A stretch of DNA of 64,000 bases from a bacterium (GTDB lineage: Bacteria > Auribacterota > UBA3054). Shown piece after piece: positions 26,489 to 36,083 of this stretch (the stretch's first letter is position 1; every line of letters starts with the position of its first letter). The position numbers were made by a program, and so were the translations under genes. The notes beneath the pieces are model-generated. The model worked only from the letters and a program-made list of their open reading frames with translations. It searched no databases and had not been told where the DNA came from. The stretch covers positions 5,921-69,920 of the forward strand of contig JAGCTE010000044.1 of the NCBI GenBank assembly GCA_017963805.1, written 5' to 3'.

Positions 26489-27655
26489 ATGAAAGCCATC
26501 GATAAAATACTGCCCTGGGTGTTTTTCTGCCTCGTTCTCGCGCTCTGCAGTTTCGGAGCGCTGATGGTGTATTCATCCAGCGTTTACGTTGCCGAAAGGG
26601 TATACTCCGGCAACCAGTATCATTACTTCAAAAGAGAAGTGATGTGGCTTATCATGGGATTCGGGGCCATGGCGCTGATGTACAAGATCCCGATAGATCT
26701 TGTGAAACGCCTGGCCCCCATCATCTACCTAGTATCCCTTTTGTGCCTGATCCTGGTCTTCTCCCCTCTCGGCGTGACCGTGAACGGGGCGACGCGCTGG
26801 ATCGGCCTCGAAAAAATCTCGGACAAACTCGGCTTCATCAGATTCCAGCCTTCCGAAGCGCTGAAGTACTCCATGATCATCATTCTCGCCTGGTGGTATG
26901 AGCGCATCAAAAGGGAGTCCGACACATTCATTAAAGGCGCCCTGATCCCGGCGTGCATAATGGGAATGGGCCTGGCCCTGGCTTTGGCCGGCAGAGACCT
27001 CGGCACTCCCCTTCTAATCGCCATGGTCGGCGGAGCCATTTGTTTCGCGGCCGGCATGAAGTTCCGCTATATCGCCGTAGGAATTGTCACTGTCGGCGTG
27101 TTGGGCTGCTACTACGTCACCCACGAAGCTTACAGGGTGAAAAGGATAATGTCGTTCCTTAACCCGATGGAAGATCCTTTGGGCGTCGGCTACCAGAACC
27201 TCCAGGCCCTGATGGCCATCTGTTCCGGAAAGCTCACCGGTCTTGGCATCGGCAATTCGCTCATGAAGATGGAGTACCTGCCGGAAGCCCACACAGACTT
27301 CATCTACGCCGTCATTGGAGAGGAGCTGGGCTTCTGTGGCTGCGCGGCCGTGATCGCGGCCTTCTTCCTCCTTGTGGTGGTCATGTGGCGCCTTGTCTCC
27401 AAGATCGACGACACCTTCTGCCGCCTGACAGCTTTCGGTATCGCGCTGGTCATAGGCAGCCAGGCCATCGCGAACATAGGCGTCGTCACGGCCACGCTCC
27501 CCAACAAGGGCATGGGTCTTCCCTTCATCAGTTACGGCGGATCTTCGATCCTGTTCCTCCTTGGGGCCTGCGGCCTCTTTTTGAACATGGTCAAGAACAA
27601 ACCTAAAGTACAACTCACAAAACGCAGCGTCGTTTCCCGCACTTCGGCCAGATGA
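26489..27655 (+). CDS. ftsW: SEDS peptidoglycan polymerase FtsW
   Basis: MVYSSS, NGATRWI, FQPSE, YLPEAHTDFI, GEELG, LPFISYGGSS. Confidence 0.96.
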   Translation: MKAIDKILPWVFFCLVLALCSFGALMVYSSSVYVAERVYSGNQYHYFKREVMWLIMGFGAMALMYKIPIDLVKRLAPIIYLVSLLCLILVFSPLGVTVNGATRWIGLEKISDKLGFIRFQPSEALKYSMIIILAWWYERIKRESDTFIKGALIPACIMGMGLALALAGRDLGTPLLIAMVGGAICFAAGMKFRYIAVGIVTVGVLGCYYVTHEAYRVKRIMSFLNPMEDPLGVGYQNLQALMAICSGKLTGLGIGNSLMKMEYLPEAHTDFIYAVIGEELGFCGCAAVIAAFFLLVVVMWRLVSKIDDTFCRLTAFGIALVIGSQAIANIGVVTATLPNKGMGLPFISYGGSSILFLLGACGLFLNMVKNKPKVQLTKRSVVSRTSAR

Positions 27656-28767
27656 AAGAATTGCAAAGAATATTGGTGAGCGGAGGAGGAACGGGCGGGC
27701 ACATTATGCCGGCCTTGGCGCTCTGTGAGGAAGTCAGGGAAAAATTCCCCGACGCAGAGATATTTTTCGCGGGCAGAGCGGGCTCCATGGAGGAGCGTCT
27801 GGCCTCAAAGCACGGCCTTGAGTTCTGCCGCATTCCCTCGTCCCCCAAGGGACGCGGCTTTAAGGTCATCAAGAATTTCTTCGTGAACATCGCGGGCTTT
27901 TTTAAAAGCCTCGCGCTTATAATAAAACTGAAGCCCCAGGCCGTCGTGGCTTTCGGAGGCTACACCAGCGCGCCGCTTCTTTCGGCCGCGCTTTTGCTTG
28001 GCAAAAACGCCGTCATCCATGAATCGAACGCCATTCCGGGACGCGTCACCAGGCTTTTGGCCAAAGTCGGCGTCAGGGTCGCCTGCGGTCTCGACTCCGA
28101 CCATCCCATAATGCTGAAGCTGAAGAAAAAGATCAGAAAGGAGACGAGATTCGCCATAACCGGGAATCCCCTGAGGAAAGCCTTTTCAGAGCCAGCCAAC
28201 GACCTAGCGAAAGAGCTTCCCGGCTACAACGAAAGCAGGCCGCTGCTTTTGGTCTTCGGCGGTTCCCAGGGAGCGCACAACATCAACATACTGATCTCCC
28301 GCTCTCTTTCAAGGCTGAAAGACAATTTCCCCACGCTGCAGATAGCCCACCTTTGCGGTGAAAACGACATTGAGACCTTAAGGTCGGCATATGAAAACGT
28401 CAAGCTGACTTACTGGCTCTTCCCCTTCTTCGACGATATCGCCTCGCTTATGAAAAAATCCAATCTTTGCGTGGCGAGGTCTGGCGCCCTCTCCGTGACC
28501 GAGATCTGCGCCTGCAACCTTCCGGCCATCCTCATTCCGCTTCCCTTCGCGGCCGACAACCATCAGCTCGCGAACGCCAGGGTGCTCGAGAAGGCCGGAG
28601 CCGCCGTCATAAGGGAGGAAAAGGAACTGACCGCCGCTTCCCTTTCGGAAACGATACTGGGTCTTTTGAAAGATGAGGAAAAGCGGCGTTCCATGGCGGA
28701 AGCAGGCGAAAAAGTCTTCATAAAGGACGCTTCATTCGAACTTCTGAAATTCATCATGGCGGTATGA
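27652..28767 (+). CDS. murG: Undecaprenyl-PP-MurNAc-pentapeptide GlcNAc transferase MurG
   Basis: GGGTGGHI, FGGY, HESN, GNPLR, GGSQGA, RSGA, HQLANA. Confidence 0.97.
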   Translation: MKELQRILVSGGGTGGHIMPALALCEEVREKFPDAEIFFAGRAGSMEERLASKHGLEFCRIPSSPKGRGFKVIKNFFVNIAGFFKSLALIIKLKPQAVVAFGGYTSAPLLSAALLLGKNAVIHESNAIPGRVTRLLAKVGVRVACGLDSDHPIMLKLKKKIRKETRFAITGNPLRKAFSEPANDLAKELPGYNESRPLLLVFGGSQGAHNINILISRSLSRLKDNFPTLQIAHLCGENDIETLRSAYENVKLTYWLFPFFDDIASLMKKSNLCVARSGALSVTEICACNLPAILIPLPFAADNHQLANARVLEKAGAAVIREEKELTAASLSETILGLLKDEEKRRSMAEAGEKVFIKDASFELLKFIMAV

Positions 28768-30155
28768 AAGAAAACGACAAACTGAGTTTTTACTTCTGCG
28801 GCATCGCCGGCTGCGGCATGGATCCCCTGGCGCGTTTCACGCTGAGGGAAGGATACTCTGTCCGCGGCAGCGATATCAAAGAGTCCGTTGAACTCGAAAA
28901 GCTGCGCTCCGAAGGCATCGAATGCTACGCCAGCCAGGACGGCACCAAACTGAGGCCCGGCGACGTTTTCGTTTACAGCAGCGCCATTCATGACGACAAT
29001 CCCGACATGATGAGAGCGAAGGAGCTTGGCCTTTCAATGCTGCACCGCTCGGAACTTCTGGCGCAGATCGCCAGGCGCCGCAAAGCCGTGACGGTAGCCG
29101 GGATGCACGGCAAGACGACGGTCAGTTCGCTCATCGCCTTCCTTATGGCGGAGTGCGGCCTCGACCCTAACGCCGTGATAGGCGGCTTCGTACCCGCTTT
29201 CGACGGAAACTTCAGGAAAGGAGCGGGCGATTACCTCGTGCTGGAAGCCGACGAGAGCGACGGGACCTTCACAAGGTACGCTTCCACCGTCGCGGTGCTG
29301 TTGAATATCGACGCCGACCACCTCGACCACTACAAGGACATAAAAGAAATAGAGAAGGCCTTCGCGGTCTACGTAAACAACATCGTTCCGGGCGGGACGC
29401 TCGTTTACAACTGCGAGGACGAGATATGCCGCCGCCTTGCCAAGAACGCCAGGGGTGACATCAGAAAAGTAAAATGCGCGCTGGGCGCCCTCGCGACGGA
29501 ATCGGCCGATTATGTCGGAGTAGACATCGCGCTAAGCGACCTCTCCTCAACGTTCACGCTCATAGCGGACGGGAAAGAGAAAAGGTCCCTTCCCGCAGTC
29601 GTCCCGCTGCCCGGAAGCCACAACGTCTTCAACGCCGTCATATCGCTTGCCTGCGCCGAAGTTTGCGGAGCCGACCTTGAAGCAGCCATCAAAGCGCTCC
29701 CCGGGTTCAAGAACGCCCGCAGGCGCTTCGAACTGCTCGGGAAATGGCACGGCGCGGAGATTATAGACGACTACGCCCATCATCCGAAGGAAATAGAGGC
29801 GCTGCTGAGATCCGCCTCAAGGCTGGAGGGCGAGCTCACGGTAGTTTTCCAGCCGCACCGTTTCTCCAGGACGGAGAAACTCCTGCCGGAATTCGCCAAG
29901 GTGCTCTCCAAAGCCCCCAACCTCATCCTGACGGATGTTTACAGCGCGGGCGAAAGCAAGAACAGAATAGGCGGGCGCGAGCTCTACGAAGCCGTCCTCG
30001 CCATGGGCGGCAAAGCCGAGTGGGCCGATACGCCCAAAGAGATACCTGATCTTCTGCTAAAGAGAAGCAAGAACTGGAAATTCCCCCACACCCTTCTTTT
30101 CACGGGCGCAGGGGCGCTCTCCGGTCTCGCTCATGAAATGTTAAAAAAACAATAG
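28764..30155 (+). CDS. murC: UDP-MurNAc-L-alanine ligase MurC
   Basis: GIAGCGM, AGMHGKTT, EADESD, DHLDHY, DDYAHHP, FQPHRFSRT. Confidence 0.97.
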   Translation: MKENDKLSFYFCGIAGCGMDPLARFTLREGYSVRGSDIKESVELEKLRSEGIECYASQDGTKLRPGDVFVYSSAIHDDNPDMMRAKELGLSMLHRSELLAQIARRRKAVTVAGMHGKTTVSSLIAFLMAECGLDPNAVIGGFVPAFDGNFRKGAGDYLVLEADESDGTFTRYASTVAVLLNIDADHLDHYKDIKEIEKAFAVYVNNIVPGGTLVYNCEDEICRRLAKNARGDIRKVKCALGALATESADYVGVDIALSDLSSTFTLIADGKEKRSLPAVVPLPGSHNVFNAVISLACAEVCGADLEAAIKALPGFKNARRRFELLGKWHGAEIIDDYAHHPKEIEALLRSASRLEGELTVVFQPHRFSRTEKLLPEFAKVLSKAPNLILTDVYSAGESKNRIGGRELYEAVLAMGGKAEWADTPKEIPDLLLKRSKNWKFPHTLLFTGAGALSGLAHEMLKKQ

Positions 30156-30163
30156 GGAGTCTT

Positions 30164-30967
30164 ATGTATACGACGAAAAACCAAAAGGCGGCAAGCCGCC
30201 CGGAAGTGCAGAAAGCCCAGTTGCGCGACGCGAGAAACGGTTTTTTGAAAACGTTCCTTTTTATCGCGGCGGTCTTCGCAATCTTTGCCGGGATCTACAA
30301 ACTGGCCGAAAAGGTACTCAGTTCTGACGATTTCCTCGTCAAGAGCATCCGGGTGGAAGGCAACCATTCGGTCAGCAAAGCCGAAATAATAAAGGCCGGC
30401 GGCCTCTACGCCAACATGAACATATACACCCTGAAGACCGATAAGATCAAGCAGGGCATACTGGGTCACCCCGACATAGAGAAAGCGGAGATCGAGCGCG
30501 AGATGCCGACAAATCTGATCATCCGCGTCAAGGAAAGGGAGCCCATGGCGCTTCTGAAAACAAGCGACGGCAAGATCCTTCCCGTAGACCGCCGCGGCCG
30601 CATACTGAGCGAAAACAAGCTTGAGAACGCCAAGGGCATGCCCCTTATCCTGACAGAAGAGGAAACCGGATCACTGGGGCAGGAATGCAAGGATAAGAAA
30701 GTCTTGACCGCCCTCGACTACCTGCTTGTCATCCGCCACGCTCCCGAAAGGAATTTCCTCAAGATCAAGACAGTGGACGTCAGGCCAAAAGACGCCCTCG
30801 TCTTCAAGACCGTCTCCATAGACGAAATAATTTTCAGCGAACAATACTCCAGCGACGAAGTCGCCAAGATCTTCGAAATAATCAAGAACTTGCGCGAAAA
30901 CGGCCGCGGAGCCTCTAAAATCGACGCCCGCTACGAAGACGTGGCGGTTGTCTGCAAATACCTCTGA
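30164..30967 (+). CDS. ftsQ: Cell division protein FtsQ/DivIB (POTRA domain)
   Basis: One TM helix, VKSIRVEGN, REMPTNLIIRVKEREP, terminal IDARY. Position before ftsA. Confidence 0.85.
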   Translation: MYTTKNQKAASRPEVQKAQLRDARNGFLKTFLFIAAVFAIFAGIYKLAEKVLSSDDFLVKSIRVEGNHSVSKAEIIKAGGLYANMNIYTLKTDKIKQGILGHPDIEKAEIEREMPTNLIIRVKEREPMALLKTSDGKILPVDRRGRILSENKLENAKGMPLILTEEETGSLGQECKDKKVLTALDYLLVIRHAPERNFLKIKTVDVRPKDALVFKTVSIDEIIFSEQYSSDEVAKIFEIIKNLRENGRGASKIDARYEDVAVVCKYL

Positions 30968-30970
30968 CCT

Positions 30971-32203
30971 ATGGCAAAAGAAAAGATCTATTCGGCAATC
31001 GACCTAGGGTCCCAGACGATCAGGGCGGCCATCGGCAGGCTGCTTGAAGACGGCTCCCTCGAAGTTATCGGCTACGGGACGGCATCCAGCGAAGGCATCA
31101 TCAAAGGGCGCATCGAGGACGCCAACGCGGCTCAGGAAGCGGTCAAGAAAGCCGTTTTGGCCGCCGAGAACGACGTCAAGGCCCGACTCCCCTTCCGCAT
31201 GGAGGAAGTCGTCGCCAGCGTGACGGGATCCATAATCTCGGGAGAGCAGGACGTCACGACCGTCTCCAACAACGCGAAAGACGGGAAGATCGGCGAGAAG
31301 CTTCTCTTTGACATCGACAGCGCCTTCGAGGAACGCTTCACCCACAAGGACCGCAAGCCCATTCACATCTACGTCACCGAATACAACGTCGACAACGTGA
31401 GGGAGACGAGCCAGGCCAGCGTCCTGGAGATGCAGGGCGAAAAGATCGGCGCGAAAGGCTTCGGCATTCTTGGCGATTCGGCCAACCTCGACAAAACGGC
31501 GGGAGCTTTGAACAACGCCGGGCACACCGTCGACATATTCTGCTTCGACGTGGTTGCGGACGGATATTCCGTTTTGACTCCCGAGCAGCGTCAGATCGGC
31601 TCGGTCATCATAAACGCCGGAGCCGGCAGCACCGATTTCGCCTTCTGGAAAAACGGCATCGTCCAGTTCATAGGAAGCTTCCCCGTAGGCGGCGACCATA
31701 TAACCAACGATCTGGCCTTGGGCCTCAACATGCCCTTCAAGGCGGCCGAGGAGCTGAAGTGCCAGTACGACAAGAACGAACCGGAAGTCAGAGTCGGCGG
31801 CAAACTCTACAAGACCCGCTCGGTCGACACCATCGTCCAGGCCAGGACCGAGGAGACGGTCCGCTACATAGCCGACCAGATCAAGCAGAACGGCATGCTA
31901 AGCCAGATCCAGGGCGGGATCTTTCTGACAGGCAACGCGGCCAGGAGCAGTTTCATAAGCTACATGCGCCGCGAATTCTCGAGCCTGGAAGTCAGAAACG
32001 CCTATCCGATCATCCCCGCGGAAGCGGACAATTCGGATCCCTTGGAGACAGGCAGGCTATTCTCCCCGTACTACGGCAACAAGTTCCAGACCGACTCCGG
32101 CTCCTCAACGATCCTCGGCATGCTGGCCTACGCTGCCAGAGAAGACCTTCACACCACTAAAAAAAGCTCCTCCGGGCTCTTCAAATTCTTCAATCTGCTA
32201 TGA
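30971..32203 (+). CDS. ftsA: Cell division protein FtsA (divergent)
   Basis: AIDLGS, SEGIIKG, PVGGDHITNDLA, AEELK, C-terminal amphipathic GLFKFFNLL. Confidence 0.9.
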   Translation: MAKEKIYSAIDLGSQTIRAAIGRLLEDGSLEVIGYGTASSEGIIKGRIEDANAAQEAVKKAVLAAENDVKARLPFRMEEVVASVTGSIISGEQDVTTVSNNAKDGKIGEKLLFDIDSAFEERFTHKDRKPIHIYVTEYNVDNVRETSQASVLEMQGEKIGAKGFGILGDSANLDKTAGALNNAGHTVDIFCFDVVADGYSVLTPEQRQIGSVIINAGAGSTDFAFWKNGIVQFIGSFPVGGDHITNDLALGLNMPFKAAEELKCQYDKNEPEVRVGGKLYKTRSVDTIVQARTEETVRYIADQIKQNGMLSQIQGGIFLTGNAARSSFISYMRREFSSLEVRNAYPIIPAEADNSDPLETGRLFSPYYGNKFQTDSGSSTILGMLAYAAREDLHTTKKSSSGLFKFFNLL

Positions 32204-33324
32204 AAGACAACAAACTTTTGATAAAAGTGATAGGCGTCGGCGGCTGCGGCTGCAACACTGTTTCCAACATCGAGCAGCAGTACGCCGGAACGCTGGGCGA
32301 CAACTTTGAGTTCTACGGAGTCGACACCGACTTCATAAGCCTTGCGAACCAGTCCGTCTCCCACAAGGTCCAAATAGGCTCCAGCGGCATCGGGACGGCC
32401 AAGGATCCCATGAAAGGCGCGGAAGCCGCCCAGAAGAGCATCAACGAGCTCAAATCGATGCTCCAGGGCGTTGACATCGCCATATTGTGCGCCGGATTAA
32501 GCGGCGGCACGGGCTCGGGCGCCACGGGCGTCATCGCCCAGGCGGCCGCCGGCAACCCCGGCTGCGTCGTCATGGCCTCCGTCACCCTTCCCTTCTACTA
32601 CGACGACCAGAAGAAGCAGGAAGCGGCGAAAACCGCTTTGAAAAACATCAGGGAAGTCGTGCCGGTCGTTCTGCCCGTGCAGAACGGCGTCGGAATAGAG
32701 GACGAGAACGTCCCCTTCCTGGACGTCCTGAGAGCCACCGACAGAAACGTCATATCGCTCCTTGAGATGATAAAGGTCATCACAAGCTCCGCCAGCACCG
32801 TGAGCCTTGATTTCAGCGAATTTTTAAACGTCGCCTCCACTCCCGGCAACGCCATGATAGGGATCGGCGAAGCGGACGGCGAGCAGGCCGTCTCCGTCGC
32901 CATAAGCCTGGCGCGCTCTCCCAAGAACACCTCCTACGGCGACTATTCCCTGAAAGACGCCTCGAAGCTGGCGCTCGTCATTATGGGCAACGGGTCAATA
33001 TCCTACAAGCAGATAAAGGACGCCAGGACCACTTTGCAAAACGAGATCGGCTACCAGACGGAAGTCTTCAACGGCTTGTACGTCAACAACGACCTCGCGA
33101 ACGTGAAAGTCATTATGTTCGCGACCGGCATGAACGATCCCAAGGAAATGTCCGAACCGATCTTCCAGACGGAAATGACAGTCGCCGGCCCCGGCGACCA
33201 GGTCGAGATGGGATTTCTGTCAGCCGACGACGGCTACTTCAAGGGAACGGCCCCCGCTTACTTCGAGGGCATAAACTACGACAGGCCGACGTTCCTGAGA
33301 AAAAACCTCAGGATCGAGCAGTAA
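32200..33324 (+). CDS. ftsZ: Cell division protein FtsZ (divergent)
   Basis: IKVIGVGGCG, AGLSGGTGSGA, AMIGIGEADG, MFATG, C-terminal DRPTFLRK. Confidence 0.9.
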   Translation: MKDNKLLIKVIGVGGCGCNTVSNIEQQYAGTLGDNFEFYGVDTDFISLANQSVSHKVQIGSSGIGTAKDPMKGAEAAQKSINELKSMLQGVDIAILCAGLSGGTGSGATGVIAQAAAGNPGCVVMASVTLPFYYDDQKKQEAAKTALKNIREVVPVVLPVQNGVGIEDENVPFLDVLRATDRNVISLLEMIKVITSSASTVSLDFSEFLNVASTPGNAMIGIGEADGEQAVSVAISLARSPKNTSYGDYSLKDASKLALVIMGNGSISYKQIKDARTTLQNEIGYQTEVFNGLYVNNDLANVKVIMFATGMNDPKEMSEPIFQTEMTVAGPGDQVEMGFLSADDGYFKGTAPAYFEGINYDRPTFLRKNLRIEQ

Positions 33325-33326
33325 CC

Positions 33327-33869
33327 CTACTCGATGAAAACAGCCGCGGCGACGACCGTCTTCCAAAGGCCATTCTTGTCGCCCCTGGCCGATTGGGTGC
33401 AGTTGGTGGTCCTCACGAAACGTCCGCTCATGCGGTACATCTCTTTCCTTTCGTCCCAGTCGGCGTCCGGGTCCATGTCCACGCCCAAAGTGGTGGCCAG
33501 CATCGTGGCCGCCAGATCCTCGGCGTATTCGCCGGCCGTCTCGTCCGTTTCGCCGTAGGTGTGGTGTTCCGAAAGGTAGCCGTAGTGGTTGCCGTCGGCG
33601 GGCTGGGCCAAGCCTACGGAGGCGACGATCTGGCGCCCGGGCTCGTTGGTGTCTATCCTGGCCATGACGGTGAACGTTATCTCTCCGGGATTAAGCAAAG
33701 CTATGCCTTTGTGTCTGGGAATGATCTTGCAGCGGGGCGGCAGAATGCTTGAAACCGTAACTAGATTGCAAGCCTGTATGCCGGCCATGCGCAGCGCGTC
33801 TTCAAAACTGCTGAGGCGGTCCTTGTGGACGCCAACGCCCTTGGTAAAGAAAACCTGGCTGGGAATCAT
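33327..33869 (-). CDS. pdaD: Pyruvoyl-dependent arginine decarboxylase
   Basis: [29 protein letters not shown] (Ser-Ser cleavage site), [17 protein letters not shown]. Alternative TTG start at 33887. Confidence 0.93.
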   Translation of the reverse strand: MIPSQVFFTKGVGVHKDRLSSFEDALRMAGIQACNLVTVSSILPPRCKIIPRHKGIALLNPGEITFTVMARIDTNEPGRQIVASVGLAQPADGNHYGYLSEHHTYGETDETAGEYAEDLAATMLATTLGVDMDPDADWDERKEMYRMSGRFVRTTNCTQSARGDKNGLWKTVVAAAVFIE

Positions 33870-33923
33870 CTTATCTCGGAGCTCCAAATTATTGAAAGTT
33901 AAAAAGTTTTATTTTCGAGGGAT

Positions 33924-33952
33924 ATTGTAATATAACCTTCACTTTATGTCAA
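33924..33952 (-). promoter_or_regulatory. Near-consensus sigma70 promoter for pdaD
   Basis: Minus strand TTGACA (33952-33947), 17-bp spacer, TACAAT (33929-33924). Confidence 0.8.
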
Positions 33953-33956
33953 AAGG

Positions 33957-34766
33957 CTAGATGTAAGCCATGAGAAGCTTTATGAGCGAATCGCCGCCTT
34001 TCGCGCACGCTTCGGCCACGCTCTCGTGGGTGATCTTCGGCCCGCCCTTTTTCGCCGCGGGGTTCGAGACCAGCGTTATGCCGCTGACAATAGCTCCCAT
34101 GTGGTGGGCCGCCTCCGCCTCCAAGACCGTCGACATTCCGACTACGTCGGCGCCCAGGATCCTGAGCATGTTCACTTCCGCCGGCGTTTCGAAAGAGGGG
34201 CCGTGCATGCCGGCGTAAACGCCGCGGTGAAGCTTGACGCCGACGGATTTGGCGCAGGCCATGATGTCGGTGTTGCAGTCCTCGTTGTAAAGCGTCGTCA
34301 TGTCCGGGAAACGCGTGCCCATCCTTTCGTCGTTGAAGCCGGTCAGGGAGGAGACGCCCTGGTTGTTTATCTGGTCCTCTATCAGCATAAGGTCTCCGGG
34401 CGCCAGATGAGGGGCTATGCCGCCGGCGGCGTTCGTCAATATGACGTGCGAGGCGCCCCAGATTATTATGGAGCGCAGAAGCCTGACCACGTCAGCGGGC
34501 GCGTTGCCTTCGTAAAGATGCACTCTCCCCCGCATCACGGCGATCACTTTTCCGTTCAGCCGCCCTACAAGAAGCGAGCCGACGTGTGACTGAACGGTCG
34601 AAACCGGAACGTAGGGTATGTCGGAATAAGGGATCTCGTTTATCGGCTCCACGGCTTGGCTGAATTTGTCGAGCCCGGAGCCTAGGACGACGGCCTTCTC
34701 GGGCTCGACGTCGCATTTGTCGTTCAGAAACGAGCAGATCTGTCTGATTTTTTCGTACTCCAGCAT
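33957..34766 (-). CDS. punA: Purine nucleoside phosphorylase (trimeric type)
   Basis: VLGSGL, GRVHLYEG, TNAAGG, GPSFETPAE, GADVVGMSTV, HESV. Confidence 0.93.
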   Translation of the reverse strand: MLEYEKIRQICSFLNDKCDVEPEKAVVLGSGLDKFSQAVEPINEIPYSDIPYVPVSTVQSHVGSLLVGRLNGKVIAVMRGRVHLYEGNAPADVVRLLRSIIIWGASHVILTNAAGGIAPHLAPGDLMLIEDQINNQGVSSLTGFNDERMGTRFPDMTTLYNEDCNTDIMACAKSVGVKLHRGVYAGMHGPSFETPAEVNMLRILGADVVGMSTVLEAEAAHHMGAIVSGITLVSNPAAKKGGPKITHESVAEACAKGGDSLIKLLMAYI

Positions 34767-34775
34767 ATGTCTCCT

Positions 34776-36083
34776 TTAGGAAATTTTCAATTGACGAACG
34801 CAGGAAGGCCGCGTTTCCGGCTCCTCGCCCACTAAGAAAAGTTCCGGCAGCTCAGATACGTCAAAAGGTTTGGAGGAATAGACCTCCATGATAGTCTCGC
34901 CTTTTTCGACCTTGTCGCCCAATTTCTTGTTGAAGCGCAGCCCGGGCTTGTGGTCTATTTTGTCAGTCAAAACACGGCGCCCGGCGCCCAGGCGAATGAG
35001 AAGCTGCCCCAGGCCGAAGGTGTCTATCTTCCTTATGAATCCGCTCTCTTTGGCCTTGTATTCCGTCAGGTTGCCGGCCGGGGAAAGGATCATGTCCAGA
35101 TTTTCCACGGCCCATTTTTCCGCGCCCTGGGAAGAGATGATCTTGAGGAAGCGCTCGTAGGCTTCCCCGCTTTTTATAAGCTTCTCCAATTCGGGACGGA
35201 AATCCCTCTTCTTATCTTCGGGGAACGCCAGCCTGCACATGGATTCAGCCAGGCTAATGGTGACCAGGCGGAAGCGCTCCTCAGTCTTTTCACCTCTCAG
35301 CATCCTTACAGCTTCCATGACTTCCACGCCGTTGCCGGCCCATTCACCCAAAGGCTCGTTCATGTCCGTAAGCAATACTTCCGTGCGCACGCCGAAAGAG
35401 GTGGAAGTCCTGAAAAGCGACATGGCAAGCGCCTCGGCGTCGCTTACGGTCCGCATGAAGGCGCCGCTGCCGTATTTCACGTCCAAAACAAGCCCGTCCA
35501 GCGTTTCGCAGAGTTTTTTCCCGAGGATCGAAGCGGTGATGAGGCCCACGGAATCAACGGTGCCGGTCACGTCCCTCAGGGCGTAGAGCCTTTTGTCAAG
35601 TTTCGCCACGTCGTCGGTCTGAGTCATGAAGATCGCGCCGTTCTCCCTTAGGAATCCCCTGGCCTCCTCCCAGGTGAACTGCTGGAACAGTCCCGGGATT
35701 GATTCAAGCTTGTCGACCGTCCCGCCTGTGTGGCCCAATCCCCTGCCGGCCAAAGTCGGCACCAGCGCTCCCATGCAGGCGAGGAGCGGGAGGAGAACGA
35801 TGGTCGGCTTGTCCCCCACGCCGCCCGTGGAATGCTTGTCGACGACAGGCTTGCCGTAGTAACTTTCCTTAGGGCGCCGTCTGCCGCTCTCCACGATGCA
35901 CTCCGTCATGCAAAGGACTTCCGAGGGGTCCAGCCCCTTTATGCAGGCGGCCATTAGCCAGGCGGACATCTGGTAGTCCGCCACCTCGCCCGACATGTAA
36001 CCGGCGAAAAAGCGCCGCAGGTCGTCAGCTTTTATGATCTCGCCGCGCTTTTTGGCCTCTATCACTTCAACGGGAGTTTTCAT
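34776..36083 (-). CDS. pdp: Pyrimidine-nucleoside/thymidine phosphorylase
   Basis: DYQMSAWLMA, VDKHSTGGVGDK, GRGLGHTGGTVDKLESIPG, LYALRDVTGTV, LDVKYGSGAFM. Confidence 0.95.
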   Translation of the reverse strand: MKTPVEVIEAKKRGEIIKADDLRRFFAGYMSGEVADYQMSAWLMAACIKGLDPSEVLCMTECIVESGRRRPKESYYGKPVVDKHSTGGVGDKPTIVLLPLLACMGALVPTLAGRGLGHTGGTVDKLESIPGLFQQFTWEEARGFLRENGAIFMTQTDDVAKLDKRLYALRDVTGTVDSVGLITASILGKKLCETLDGLVLDVKYGSGAFMRTVSDAEALAMSLFRTSTSFGVRTEVLLTDMNEPLGEWAGNGVEVMEAVRMLRGEKTEERFRLVTISLAESMCRLAFPEDKKRDFRPELEKLIKSGEAYERFLKIISSQGAEKWAVENLDMILSPAGNLTEYKAKESGFIRKIDTFGLGQLLIRLGAGRRVLTDKIDHKPGLRFNKKLGDKVEKGETIMEVYSSKPFDVSELPELFLVGEEPETRPSCVRQLKIS

